A DNA stretch of 54,872 nt from an uncultured virus (IMG/VR IMGVR_UViG_3300045107_000066) (lineage: Duplodnaviria; Heunggongvirae; Uroviricota; Caudoviricetes): the IMG/VR virus record IMGVR_UViG_3300045107_000066. One strand, 5' to 3'. The translations under genes and the position numbers were made by a program. Below, one piece after another: positions 15,221 to 25,100 of this stretch (position 1 is the first letter of the stretch; the number at the start of each line of letters is the position of its first letter). The notes beneath the pieces were generated by a model. The model made no database searches, was not told where the DNA came from, and worked only from the letters and a program-made list of their open reading frames with translations.

Positions 15221-16810
15221 TTAGTCGAGCGTCGTCGCTTCGATCTCGGCGAGCCAGTGGTCGTCGCCGTGCCCGTGTTCGAGGAAGCTGTTAACCACGT
15301 CGAACACGTTGTCGGAGAACCCACCGACCTGAAGGATGTCGTCCCGCTTCTGCACTTGGCTGGTGGTGCCAGGGCAAGTGTCGATGCAGACGAGGCGTGC
15401 CTTCGGGTTCTTCTGCTTGAACTTCGTCCACCCGGTCATGAGGCTCGTGCCCCCACCGTAGTAGGAGCGAGACGAGTCCACCCACGACTCGTTGTCGCTG
15501 ACGAACAGCACCCCGTCGGCCTGGATGTTGTTGTCAATCAGGTGTTCCATCGCCAGCCCGCAGTTCGTTCCGCCGCCACCGAACTTGCGGAGCTTCTGGG
15601 CGTTCGTCATCACGCTGTCCCGAGGGTTCAGCGAGGACGTGCTGTGAATCCGAGTATCGAACGGCAGCACCAGGGCCGTCGTGTTCTTGCGAAGCACGCA
15701 CGAGCCGTAGAGAGCCGCCACGTCGATAGCCTTCGTCACGGACGAGTGCCCTGCGCCCTTCCCCGTTACCGAGGCGGACGACATGGACCCCGACACGTCC
15801 AGGGCGATCACGAGCTTGCCGCTGAAGATCGGCGTGTTTTCCACGGCGATCTCCATCGCATCCTGCAACGCCTCACGAAGTTCTACCGGAACATCGGTCG
15901 TGTTCTGGTACGCCGTGAGCAACTGGTACGGGAAGGCCCGTGCCCGGCTGATCTCCTCACGGTTGCGGAGCTTGTCCGCCAGCCGCCGCACCACGCCCGC
16001 ATCCTTGAAGACGCCGTGCCGCTGGAACGTGTTCAGGTTCATCCGCAGCATCATCCAGCCTGCGTTCAGGGCGACCTGCGTCCACCCCTTCTCGTCCAGC
16101 CCGAGGCTGTCGAGGAACCGGAAGTCCACGTTCGGAACTTCGCCGCTCTTGTCCTTCTTGTACGTCTCGTACTGCTTCACGACCGGCGGCAGGTCGTCGA
16201 AGTTGTGTTCCTTCCCGAGCAGGTAGCCGTACAACGCCTTCTTCTCGGCGTTCTCCGGGCACGGCCGGGCCATCTTGATGATCTGCTCCATGCTCGGATC
16301 GTTGCCGACCGAAGCCCGGAAGATCACCGACCCGTGCCGGTTGCGGAACCACTCGTCGATGGCGTGACGCCACGTCCCGGAGGACATGTTGTACACCTTC
16401 CCGAGTTGGCCGCTCCGTGCCATCTGGATCACGTTGCGCAGCATCTTCCCGTTGTCCACCGTCTTGCGGAAGACTTTACGGAACAGCGGCTTGTCCACGC
16501 CTGCCAGCCACGCCGTCAGGTACGCAGGCATGTCCTTCATGTACCCCTTGTCACGGGCGTACACGGCCAGCTTCGCCACGAACAGCGGGTCTTCCCGCAT
16601 CTTGTCCACGGCTGCCTTCACCGTCTGGAAGTGGTCTTCCGCCGAAGCGTAGAACGTCCCGTTGAAGGTGCCCGTGCAGGCAAGCTGCGCAACGGCGTGC
16701 TTCTCAGTGAAGGCGTAAGCCTTCCCCCCAGCGAGGTTGGTCGTGTCGGCGACCGGGGTGTTCCGCACCACGCTCGAAGCCGGGGACTTGAAGATGTTCT
16801 TGTTAGCCAT
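15221..16810 (-). CDS. rsr: TROVE-domain Ro60/Rsr RNA-binding protein
   Basis: N.AGG.AY, GTFY, YAR...MKD.P, LRMNLNTF.RHGVF, FPYQLL and vWA motif DVSGSM...GGGT...SDNES. Confidence 0.93.
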   Translation of the reverse strand: MANKNIFKSPASSVVRNTPVADTTNLAGGKAYAFTEKHAVAQLACTGTFNGTFYASAEDHFQTVKAAVDKMREDPLFVAKLAVYARDKGYMKDMPAYLTAWLAGVDKPLFRKVFRKTVDNGKMLRNVIQMARSGQLGKVYNMSSGTWRHAIDEWFRNRHGSVIFRASVGNDPSMEQIIKMARPCPENAEKKALYGYLLGKEHNFDDLPPVVKQYETYKKDKSGEVPNVDFRFLDSLGLDEKGWTQVALNAGWMMLRMNLNTFQRHGVFKDAGVVRRLADKLRNREEISRARAFPYQLLTAYQNTTDVPVELREALQDAMEIAVENTPIFSGKLVIALDVSGSMSSASVTGKGAGHSSVTKAIDVAALYGSCVLRKNTTALVLPFDTRIHSTSSLNPRDSVMTNAQKLRKFGGGGTNCGLAMEHLIDNNIQADGVLFVSDNESWVDSSRSYYGGGTSLMTGWTKFKQKNPKARLVCIDTCPGTTSQVQKRDDILQVGGFSDNVFDVVNSFLEHGHGDDHWLAEIEATTLD

Positions 16811-17056
16811 TGCATTCCTCCTTCAAAGGACAAGTTCGTGCCCGTAGGCACATTGGTGTATAGCCACGCCCGTTTTTCTTGGGGCGTGACAGCGTAGCAC
16901 TATCGACGCTAAGGCCGGTGCTGTTGATTCAGTGCAATGCTCGACCAGTTAGGGCTGGGAGCGACTGCTTGTATTGTTGGTTGAGGAAGAAGGAGTTGCC
17001 TTTTTCCACAGCCCGCCGTTTTGGTTTAGGCCCACGGCGTCAATCACGGTAAGGCT

Positions 17057-17084
17057 ATAATAGTCGCCAACTATTATTTGTCAA
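17057..17084 (-). promoter_or_regulatory. Promoter of the TROVE operon with overlapping palindrome
   Basis: TTGACA-16-TATTAT; inverted repeat ATAATAGT-N5-ACTATTAT at 17057-17077. Confidence 0.7.
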
Positions 17085-17201
17085 CCACTTTTTCCGAAAA
17101 TTGTTAAGAAACATTTCTGCCCACCCGGATCGTCAATCAGGTGGGCAGAAGAAGGGAGACGTGTGGGTCGGGGTAGGTTCGCATTTTTCTGGGAAAAAGT
17201 T

Positions 17202-17381
17202 TCAGGTCACGATCCCGGCCTCGTTGTATAGCCTCTGCCTAAGATTGGACTGAGAACCTTGCAGGTTCTCGATCAGGTCGATCATCAGCCCAACCGCCTC
17301 AGACAACGGCGGTTCGGTCTGCCCCGGAAACCGCCACCCCTTCTCGATCATCACCTGTTCGATCTTCTCCAGTTCACTCAT
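17202..17381 (-). CDS. Hypothetical protein
   Basis: ATGA-coupled to upstream ORF; GAGG RBS. Confidence 0.55.
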   Translation of the reverse strand: MSELEKIEQVMIEKGWRFPGQTEPPLSEAVGLMIDLIENLQGSQSNLRQRLYNEAGIVT

Positions 17382-17566
17382 GACTGCCTCGGAGCTAGTC
17401 GGTTGAGGTAGTGACGCTTGTCCGTCTTCGGCATGCACTGCGGGTGCCGGATGGCACTGGTCCGAGCGGAGAGTTGCACCGCCGGGCCGGGTTCGATCCG
17501 CTTCTTACACGACACGCACTTGCCACCCGCACACTGAACCACCATCTCGCCGGGCCGAAGTTCCAT
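17378..17566 (-). CDS. Small putative Zn-binding protein
   Basis: CxxC...HxxC; AGGAG RBS. Confidence 0.6.
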   Translation of the reverse strand: MELRPGEMVVQCAGGKCVSCKKRIEPGPAVQLSARTSAIRHPQCMPKTDKRHYLNRLAPRQS

Positions 17567-17635
17567 GACGTTCTCCTGTGAAGTTGTCCCCTCACAGGTA
17601 ACGTGGGCGAGAAGGCCACTTGGTAACACGAAATC

Positions 17636-18124
17636 TCAATTTTCTTCGTCGTCCTCTTCAGGCGGCGGGCCGGTGGGTGCCAGACCGGGCGGCGTAAACC
17701 CGTGCCGCTTGGCGATCTTGAACCGCTCCAGGTCTTTGTAGTCGTAGTTGCGGCGCATGCTGCTCCACGTCTCGATCCACCGCAGGAAGCAATCGAAGTC
17801 GTCCGAGACTCGCTCCCGGTCTTGGAACCGGGCGACTTCAGCCATCGCCTCGTTGTACTCCCCCAGCGTCCAGGCACAGTGGAAGAACCCGATGGCGGCG
17901 GACTCCGACTCCGGGCTGATCTTCACGAGCCGCTTGTAAGCCTCGTAGGCTTCGTCGTACCGCTCCGCTTCCCACAATGCGTGGGCGAGCATGTGCAGCA
18001 CCATAGAGTTGTCCGGTGCAGCCTTGTCCACGGCTTCGTAGACAGCGATTGCACCGGACAGGTTCTTGTCAGACCGGAGCTTGATGCCCCGGCTGACTTC
18101 GGCTTCGATCTGGTCGTTGGTCAT
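17636..18124 (-). CDS. TPR-repeat protein
   Basis: LAHALWEAERYDEA...ISPES-type TPR pattern. Confidence 0.75.
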   Translation of the reverse strand: MTNDQIEAEVSRGIKLRSDKNLSGAIAVYEAVDKAAPDNSMVLHMLAHALWEAERYDEAYEAYKRLVKISPESESAAIGFFHCAWTLGEYNEAMAEVARFQDRERVSDDFDCFLRWIETWSSMRRNYDYKDLERFKIAKRHGFTPPGLAPTGPPPEEDDEEN

Positions 18125-20163
18125 GCCAGCATCTTCTTCAAGGCTTCCACGTCGAGGATCGGGATACCAAGCTCCTCGGCCTTTTCGGACTTGCTCCCGC
18201 TACCCGGCCCGGCCACGAGGTAGTTCGTCTTCGAGCCGACGCTGCTGCCGATCTTGCCGCCCTGCTCTTGGATCAGGTGTTCCCAATGGCTCTTGCCATC
18301 GTCGAACGACCCGGAGAGGACGAACGTCTTGCCCGACAGCTTGCCGGTCTTCGGCTTCTCGAACTCGATGTACTGTAACAGGTCGTCGATCTCGGCGGCG
18401 TTGTTCTGGAAGTAGGCGACCACGCTGTTCGCCACCGTCTCCCCGATCCCGTCGAGGGAAAGCAGTTCGTCCTTCGTCAGCTTGCGAATTTGCTCGAAGG
18501 TGTAGCCCTTCTCGACCAGCAGCTTGCCGACGGTCTTCCCGGCCCGAGGGATGCCCAGGGCGGCGAAGAACTGCCACGCCGGGTACTTCTTCTTCGCCGT
18601 CTTCGCCGTCAGGATGTTCATCGCCAGCTTCACGTCGTCCTTGATCGGCTTGACGTGGTGGATGGCGCACAGGGCCAGTTGGGCTTCCCGACTGCTGTAC
18701 CCGCAGTCGAGCAAGTCCTTCTCCGTCAGCCGGTACAGGTCGGCCAGCCCCTTTAGCTTGCCGTGCTGGATGATCTGCTCCACCTTGCTCTCGCCCAGAC
18801 CCTTGCAGTCCAGGTTGGTCAGGTAGAACACGATGCCCCGCACCATCTTCGCCGAACAGGCGGCGTTGTTACACATCAGGTCTTGGTTGCCGTCGCTGCC
18901 GTCCACCAGTTGCAGCCGGTGGTCGCAGGCCGGGCAGTTGCCGGGGACTGCCTCGGAAGTCTTCCCGGCCACGACTTCGATCACCTTCGGGATGATCTTG
19001 CCCGCCTTGATGACCTTCACTGAGGAGTCCTTGCCGATCCCCATCCGCCGCAGCCACCCGGCGTTCGAGCAGGTGGCCCGCATCACCGTCGTCCCGGCGA
19101 GTTGAATGCCCTGCTTGAACACGGCGACGGGCGTGACCCGGCCGGTGCGGCTGGCGTTCCACTCGACGTGATCGACTTCGGCGACCTTGACTTCCTCGGC
19201 GAACTTCCAGGCCAGGGCACCACGGGGTTCACCCGTCGGCGTGTCGCCGTGGTGCCCGAGTTGTTCCTGATCCTCCAGGTTGTTCACCTTGAGGACAACG
19301 CCGTCAACCTCGAAGTCGAGGTTCGGCACGTTGTCTTCCATCGCCTTCAGGTCGTCGAAGCGGTGCGACCGGACCTGGACGAACGGCACCTTGAGTACCT
19401 TGTTCACCCACTTGGCCCGCTCGATCTCGGTTGTGTAATACTTGTGCGAGTCGTCGAACCCGGTGATGTTGTACCCCATGAAGGAGATGCGGGCGTCCTT
19501 CGTCTTCTTGGGGTCTTTCTGCTGGTTGATCCCACCGTAGGTGTGGTTGCGGGGGTTCTTCCGCAGGTCTTCACCGGCGTCGGCCAGTGCCTTCTGCACC
19601 TTCTCGAAGTCGTCCAGCCGACACTCCAGTTCCCCGCCGATGGCGAGGGTGAGCGGCAGCGGGAGTTCTTCGGGGATGCCCTTGACGAACAGGGCGTTGG
19701 CCGTCACGTCGATGCCCTTCACCCCGTCCCGTGGACGCAGCCCCGCCTTGTGGAGCTTGCCCTTGACGTAGTAAAGGCGGATCGCCACGCCGTCGTGCTT
19801 GTAGCTCTGGACGAACTTGTCCGGCTCCGGCGGGTAGGCGTAGCCGAGCTTGGTGCAGCAGGACTTGAGCCAGTCCTGGTAGATGTCTACCTTGTCCACG
19901 CCGTCCGCTTTGGCGATGCTCGTCATCGGCGGGTTGTGGATGACGAGATCGCCGGTCGGGACGTAGGTACTCGGTGAAGTCCCCTCGAACGCCTTTGAGT
20001 CGGGACGCCGCTTCCTGAGTTCCTTGACCAGAGCGTCGTAGTCCGGGTCGCTGACCACGTTGCCGTCGAAGTCCACGCACTCTTCGCCCTGGTCGTACAG
20101 GGTGGCGAGTTGGATGACGAGTTCTTCAAGCGTGTCCGTGTCGGTGGGAATCAGGAGCGGCAT
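18121..20163 (-). CDS. ligA: NAD-dependent DNA ligase
   Basis: KHDG, NPRN, DGVVLK, RTGRVTP, Zn finger, HhH repeats and BRCT domain. Confidence 0.96.
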   Translation of the reverse strand: MPLLIPTDTDTLEELVIQLATLYDQGEECVDFDGNVVSDPDYDALVKELRKRRPDSKAFEGTSPSTYVPTGDLVIHNPPMTSIAKADGVDKVDIYQDWLKSCCTKLGYAYPPEPDKFVQSYKHDGVAIRLYYVKGKLHKAGLRPRDGVKGIDVTANALFVKGIPEELPLPLTLAIGGELECRLDDFEKVQKALADAGEDLRKNPRNHTYGGINQQKDPKKTKDARISFMGYNITGFDDSHKYYTTEIERAKWVNKVLKVPFVQVRSHRFDDLKAMEDNVPNLDFEVDGVVLKVNNLEDQEQLGHHGDTPTGEPRGALAWKFAEEVKVAEVDHVEWNASRTGRVTPVAVFKQGIQLAGTTVMRATCSNAGWLRRMGIGKDSSVKVIKAGKIIPKVIEVVAGKTSEAVPGNCPACDHRLQLVDGSDGNQDLMCNNAACSAKMVRGIVFYLTNLDCKGLGESKVEQIIQHGKLKGLADLYRLTEKDLLDCGYSSREAQLALCAIHHVKPIKDDVKLAMNILTAKTAKKKYPAWQFFAALGIPRAGKTVGKLLVEKGYTFEQIRKLTKDELLSLDGIGETVANSVVAYFQNNAAEIDDLLQYIEFEKPKTGKLSGKTFVLSGSFDDGKSHWEHLIQEQGGKIGSSVGSKTNYLVAGPGSGSKSEKAEELGIPILDVEALKKMLA

Positions 20164-20170
20164 CGGTCCC

Positions 20171-20410
20171 TCATTTCATGCGGTAAGTAATTCGACCCCT
20201 GGTCAGGTCGTAGGGACTCACCGCCACCTTCACCTTGTCGCCGATGACCACCTTGATCTGGTTCTTCCGCAGCTTACCGGCGAGGTAAGCCTGGATGGTC
20301 ATCCGCTCCTTGTCGTCTGCACTGCCGACGTTCAGCAACTCGACAGTGAAGGCGTCCTTGTGGCTGTCCCGAACGATCCCTTCCAGTTCGATGTCTTCTT
20401 CCTTCGCCAT
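20171..20410 (-). CDS. infA: Translation initiation factor IF-1
   Basis: [11 protein letters not shown]...GKLRKN.IK...[18 protein letters not shown]. Confidence 0.96.
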   Translation of the reverse strand: MAKEEDIELEGIVRDSHKDAFTVELLNVGSADDKERMTIQAYLAGKLRKNQIKVVIGDKVKVAVSPYDLTRGRITYRMK

Positions 20411-20491
20411 GACTAGCACCTTCCAATGGTATTGGTGGAACACGGGTTGTAAAGCAGGTTCCCGTACCCTGCGTCCTTGCGAACCAAAAGT

Positions 20492-20830
20492 CTAGCAGTT
20501 CTCCGCATCCGCTGCAATGGCCTGCTCGTAGGACGAGCCGATCTTCTGGTAGAGTTCGTCCGGCCAGAACCCCGGCTCCGGCTCGACATTCATGTGGTAG
20601 GCTTCCGCCTTCAGGTGGCACTCGTCGCAGACGGAGATGCCGTTCTCCAGAACGTAGCCGCCGTTCGGGAATTCATGCCGGTCCGTAATGTGGTGGGCGT
20701 CGAGCGCAACCCCTTTGCCGCCTTCCTCTTGCCGGTCGTGACCCGGCGTGCCGCAGCATTCGCAGCGGTACTTCGCCCGGCCGAACACGGCGTAGCGGAA
20801 GGCAGCCCGTACCTCTTTCTTCTTGCTCAT
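20492..20830 (-). CDS. HNH endonuclease-like protein
   Basis: CECCG...LDAHHI...NGISVCDECH. Confidence 0.8.
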   Translation of the reverse strand: MSKKKEVRAAFRYAVFGRAKYRCECCGTPGHDRQEEGGKGVALDAHHITDRHEFPNGGYVLENGISVCDECHLKAEAYHMNVEPEPGFWPDELYQKIGSSYEQAIAADAENC

Positions 20831-20883
20831 GATTTCACCCCTATCAATGTTACATACCAGAGAGGACTCTGTAAGGGGGATTT

Positions 20884-21264
20884 ATGGACTTTACTTACGT
20901 TGCGGGCGGATCAATCTCGGTGGGCGGCTGTTCAGTCGCCACCTGGGCCGAGGCCGTCGTCGCCCTTTACGCAGTGAACGATGTCGTCTACCTGAAGTAC
21001 AAAGCACGCAAGGGCGTGCTGGAACGGATTTGCATCAAAGAACTGGTCTACGGCAAGTACAACTACGTCACCGACGTTTACGGCAAGAAGGTCTGCCGGT
21101 TGTGTAACTTTGCCCCGACCTACCGTGACAACCTGAACTCCCTCTACAACGAGGACGAGTTGTGCGACGAGGAGACGGCTCTGGCCCTCGCCGAAGCCGC
21201 CATCATCAAAGAACGGCGGCAGATCGAACGGCTCGCCCAAACCTGCGGCGAGTCCGCCGTCTGA
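20884..21264 (+). CDS. Hypothetical protein
   Basis: AAGGGGGA RBS; genome-like codon usage. Confidence 0.65.
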   Translation: MDFTYVAGGSISVGGCSVATWAEAVVALYAVNDVVYLKYKARKGVLERICIKELVYGKYNYVTDVYGKKVCRLCNFAPTYRDNLNSLYNEDELCDEETALALAEAAIIKERRQIERLAQTCGESAV

Positions 21265-22071
21265 TTACTTCATCAACTTCTCGTACTCTTCGTCGGACAT
21301 CCGCCACTTGCGGCTCTCTTCGAGGGCCGCTTCGAGCGTGTTCTTCTTCTGCTGGGCCTGGACTTCCTCTTCGGTCGGTCCGGCCTGAGCCGCACTCTTG
21401 GGAATGTGGTGATCCATGCTGAAGCCTTCGGCGGCGTCCATGATCGCCTTGATCTCCTCGAAGGAGAACGGGCGGAACTCGCCGAGCAGCTTGTAGGCGT
21501 TGTCCACGCCCACGTCCATCGACCGACGACCGGCCATGTTCTTGTTCATCCACGGCTCGGCCCCGGCGTGGCTGTGGCCGTAGAGTTGCCAGACGCCACG
21601 GTGCGAGCCGTTCCAGACCGCCATTGCGTAATGGCAGAGGACGATCTTCTGGCCGTTCGGCTGGACCGTGAACAGGTCGTGGTCGCTGGAGAACAGGTTG
21701 CGGATGTTTCGCTCGTCGTGGTTGCCCCAGACGAAGTGGACGTTCCGGCACTTGATCCGGTCCCTGTACTGACGGCACTTCTCGTAGTACGCCTGCTTGC
21801 CGGGCATGGCGAAGTCGCCCAGGTGGTACAGCGTGTCGTGTTCGCCGACCGTCTTGTTGATGTTGTTGACCAGCGTGTCGTCCATGATCTTCACGGACTC
21901 GTAGCTGATGCGGTGGTCGCTACTGCCCCGACCCTTCCAGTCGCCGTTGTGCCAGGAGCGGCCGTTGGCCTCCCACACTTCCTTGTCGGCGGCACACAGG
22001 AACGGCCGGTTACAGTATTTGATGATGTTGTTGTGCCCGAAATGGGTATCTGATGTGAAATAGAACTTCAT
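21265..22071 (-). CDS. Calcineurin-like metallophosphoesterase
   Basis: SDTHFGH, LGDF, GNHD, CHY and YGHSH motifs. Confidence 0.92.
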   Translation of the reverse strand: MKFYFTSDTHFGHNNIIKYCNRPFLCAADKEVWEANGRSWHNGDWKGRGSSDHRISYESVKIMDDTLVNNINKTVGEHDTLYHLGDFAMPGKQAYYEKCRQYRDRIKCRNVHFVWGNHDERNIRNLFSSDHDLFTVQPNGQKIVLCHYAMAVWNGSHRGVWQLYGHSHAGAEPWMNKNMAGRRSMDVGVDNAYKLLGEFRPFSFEEIKAIMDAAEGFSMDHHIPKSAAQAGPTEEEVQAQQKKNTLEAALEESRKWRMSDEEYEKLMK

Positions 22072-22159
22072 GTTTTTTCCTTTTTCCTTTTCCTCTTTTT
22101 GACTAAAGCCTAACAGGCTTGGATAAAAAATCAAGGGGGCACCGGCCCCCTTGAGTACG

Positions 22160-22621
22160 TCAGAAGACGTGTTCGTCTTCTCCGTTTGTTTCGTAAATGA
22201 AGTGGTAATCGTCCTTTACCACCGTCGCTTTCATCTCGTTGAATTGCAAGAACTGGTGGGCGGTAAGCTCCGAGTCGGGCACCACCACTTCCAGCTTGCG
22301 TCTGCGGTGACTCGCCAGCTTTCGCTTCAGTTTCGTCACCATCTGTGTTCCGATCCGGGACCGTCGCCAGTCCGGGTGAACCGCAAGGTTCAGCAACCGA
22401 ACTCGGTCTTCGTCTAGCTCGTAGACCATGAACCCGAGAATTTGGGTGAACTTCTCGGCGACCATGCCGATGACTTCACGCCGCCTGAGTTGAGTCAGAA
22501 ACTCGTTCTCGGTCCAACGCTGGTCGATGCTCAGGACGGCGGGCATGTCCTTTCGGACCAGCCACCGGATGTGAACCAAGTTGTCGAGCGGCGAGAGTTT
22601 GTATGTGCCTAGAGTTTCCAT
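22160..22621 (-). CDS. RimI-like GNAT acetyltransferase
   Basis: VHIRWLVRKDMP...LLNLAVHPDWRRSRIG; resembles Planctomycete RimI from memory. Confidence 0.8.
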   Translation of the reverse strand: METLGTYKLSPLDNLVHIRWLVRKDMPAVLSIDQRWTENEFLTQLRRREVIGMVAEKFTQILGFMVYELDEDRVRLLNLAVHPDWRRSRIGTQMVTKLKRKLASHRRRKLEVVVPDSELTAHQFLQFNEMKATVVKDDYHFIYETNGEDEHVF

Positions 22622-22634
22622 TCGGAATCCTTTC

Positions 22635-23246
22635 CTATAACCAGAGTGGTTCTCCCAGATCGAGGAACGACTTGGTTTGGTTTGGGGCAACCAGGGTTTG
22701 TCGGATGAACGCTTCGTCCTTGAACTCGAAAACCGACAACCACCCTTTGCTTACGAGGTTGGCTCCTTCGTAGTTCGGCTCGATCACGACCCCGTTGTAG
22801 TTAGTGAAGCCGAACAGAAATCTCATCAACGCCTTCCGGGTTCTCTTCAGGTACTCGTGGCTGAAGAGGGCTTCCTGAAAGTTGTCCTTGTCGGACTCGT
22901 AGACGATACCGGACCGCAGGATGCAGGTCAAGAGCGACCGACGCATCGAACACTGCTTCCAGAACGGGGCGGGTTCGACCCACAGGATGTGCGGCCGGTT
23001 GGTCAGGGCGAAAGCCGACCGTTCTTTAAGTTCCAAAACCTCTTCGACACGTTCGAGGAACCGGGCCAAATCCCGGCCCTTCCCCTCGAAGTGCATGACG
23101 TAGAAGCCCTGGGTCGTCTCGGTGAAGGAGGCGGCGAACCGCTCCCGACACTTCTCGAAGGCGACGGGACAGGCGGGCGAGAACCAGCCAGCCTCCCCGT
23201 CAATGGTGGGAGAGGTTATGATCTGTCTCTCCTTGAACTCCGGCAT
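22635..23246 (-). CDS. Hypothetical protein
   Basis: GGAGG RBS before MPEFK; in operon. Confidence 0.6.
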   Translation of the reverse strand: MPEFKERQIITSPTIDGEAGWFSPACPVAFEKCRERFAASFTETTQGFYVMHFEGKGRDLARFLERVEEVLELKERSAFALTNRPHILWVEPAPFWKQCSMRRSLLTCILRSGIVYESDKDNFQEALFSHEYLKRTRKALMRFLFGFTNYNGVVIEPNYEGANLVSKGWLSVFEFKDEAFIRQTLVAPNQTKSFLDLGEPLWL

Positions 23247-24135
23247 CGTCTTCGCCTCCAACTGTCTTGCACCCGTCGTCCAGGTTCTTAAACTCGATCT
23301 CGTGCAGCGAGATCGAGCGACAAACCGGGCCGTGAAACTGCGGCCTCTGCGGCATCGCCACCATTCGGTACTGAACATCCCGCATGGCCTGTTCCGTCTC
23401 TTCCTTGTACCGCTGGTGAACGTCGATGTAGACGTTCACGCACGCATCCCCGGCGACCTGCCGCCGCCGGAAATTGAGTTGCCCGAGGTACAAACCCCGC
23501 TCGCAGTTCGGCAGCAGGGAGAGGACTTCCCGCTCGCAGCGGAACCAAAAGTGGTGCTGCATGGCGTTGCCGTCCTGGGAGTGTTCCATCATGTTGAACG
23601 GGTAACACTCGACGTTATTATTTTGCAAGTAGGCACTGTAAATGAATCGGTATCCGATCTCTTCCATGCCGACGTGATCCTTGCCGGGTATCCACCGCCA
23701 GTCCCACTTGTTTTCGAACGTCGGCATCCCGTCGGTGACGAGGACGACTTCGAGGAACTGGAACGGCTTGATGCGGACCGACTCGTACATCGGCGACACG
23801 ACGGTGATCGTGTTCTTGTACGGCGTGGTGTCGTTGTTCTGGTAGAGGATGAGGCTGGAGTCCCGGCCGACCTGGACTTGACCGAGGAAGAACGTGGAGC
23901 AGGAGTTCTTGCCCTGGGCCAGCGGCGTCTGCTCGATGTCGTAGTCGATGTACTTGGAGTCCTCCGACATCCTGCACTGAAGGTACTTGCTGTGTGCATG
24001 GACGGTCGGATGCGCCCACCGCTGCTTCGTCAGCCGGAGCTTGACGTTCTGGGCGGGGTGCAGCCCGACGATCTGACAGCGTGCATCCGGGTCGATGATG
24101 TTCACGCACTTGTGTTTGCTAACTTCGCCAGCCAT
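23200..24135 (-). CDS. Hypothetical protein
   Basis: 311-aa ORF with genome-like codon usage. Confidence 0.65.
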   Translation of the reverse strand: MAGEVSKHKCVNIIDPDARCQIVGLHPAQNVKLRLTKQRWAHPTVHAHSKYLQCRMSEDSKYIDYDIEQTPLAQGKNSCSTFFLGQVQVGRDSSLILYQNNDTTPYKNTITVVSPMYESVRIKPFQFLEVVLVTDGMPTFENKWDWRWIPGKDHVGMEEIGYRFIYSAYLQNNNVECYPFNMMEHSQDGNAMQHHFWFRCEREVLSLLPNCERGLYLGQLNFRRRQVAGDACVNVYIDVHQRYKEETEQAMRDVQYRMVAMPQRPQFHGPVCRSISLHEIEFKNLDDGCKTVGGEDDAGVQGETDHNLSHH

Positions 24136-24716
24136 TCTGAATAGTTGTTTTTCTCTGCGTAAGGAAGGATCACGGTCTGCAAGGCCGAGAACGCCGACGA
24201 GTGATCCTCCAACATGTCCATTGCGTAAAGGTAGCTGTCCCGCCGCTCAACCAGCGGCACGCCCGGCATGGTGCTGCCCATGACGAGATCGAAGAACTTG
24301 CCGTCCATGTTCTCGGCCAGCCACTTGTCGTGGGTGTAAAGGAACATCTCCCAGCAGGCCAGTTCCGCCTCCCGCTGTTCCTCGACTGCGGAGAAACCCC
24401 GCAGCCGCAGGCTGTGACACTTCCTCACCCAATCGTAGACGAACCGCTCGAACTCGTCCCAATAGATGACGGTCTGCTCCGTCACCGATTCGAGGTACTT
24501 CGACTGGCCGTACCCCGACCGCTCGCACCCGTTGTGGATCGGGCGGAACATCTGGAAGACGTAGAAGCCGGGGTGCAGAGTCGGCGGACGCCACTCCCCG
24601 TGCAAGACAAGCCACTGGAAGTTGTTCGACCGAAGGACGAGGTTGATGATCTCGTCGTAGACGGCGTGTTTCACTTCCAACCCGTGTCGCTTCAGATACT
24701 CTTGGGACAAGTACAT
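24102..24716 (-). CDS. Hypothetical protein
   Basis: Abuts upstream gene; 204 aa. Confidence 0.65.
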   Translation of the reverse strand: MYLSQEYLKRHGLEVKHAVYDEIINLVLRSNNFQWLVLHGEWRPPTLHPGFYVFQMFRPIHNGCERSGYGQSKYLESVTEQTVIYWDEFERFVYDWVRKCHSLRLRGFSAVEEQREAELACWEMFLYTHDKWLAENMDGKFFDLVMGSTMPGVPLVERRDSYLYAMDMLEDHSSAFSALQTVILPYAEKNNYSEWLAKLANTSA

Positions 24717-25100
24717 TCACTTACCATACGTCGGGCCAACCACCCGGCCGGGGAGGACATCGCTCGGGCGGATCATCCACTCGTCCTTCTCCTTTTTCGC
24801 ACGGAGCGGCGGTGGGCAGATATCTTCCTGTTTTTGGACAGCTTTTGCAACATCAAGTCGCTTCAGGTCGTAAACTTTCCCGGTGTACTGGACGTGCCCC
24901 CGGTAATCGTAATCAATCCTGTCCGTCCCGTCACTGTTCGTTCCGACCTTGATCCTGGGCATGTAGCCGTTCAGGATCGGCACTCGGAGTTGCTTGCCAC
25001 TCGTCAGGTCGTCGATGATGGCGTAGGCACGGGTCTGGATCGGCTCGTCGATCTGTACCGCCCCTGCCGCCAAGATGACGACGGAGAACATTCGGTTCAT
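24717..25100 (-). CDS. Putative secreted protein (VPILNGYMP motif)
   Basis: N-terminal hydrophobic signal-like segment; similar to 53880-54215. Confidence 0.6.
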   Translation of the reverse strand: MNRMFSVVILAAGAVQIDEPIQTRAYAIIDDLTSGKQLRVPILNGYMPRIKVGTNSDGTDRIDYDYRGHVQYTGKVYDLKRLDVAKAVQKQEDICPPPLRAKKEKDEWMIRPSDVLPGRVVGPTYGK

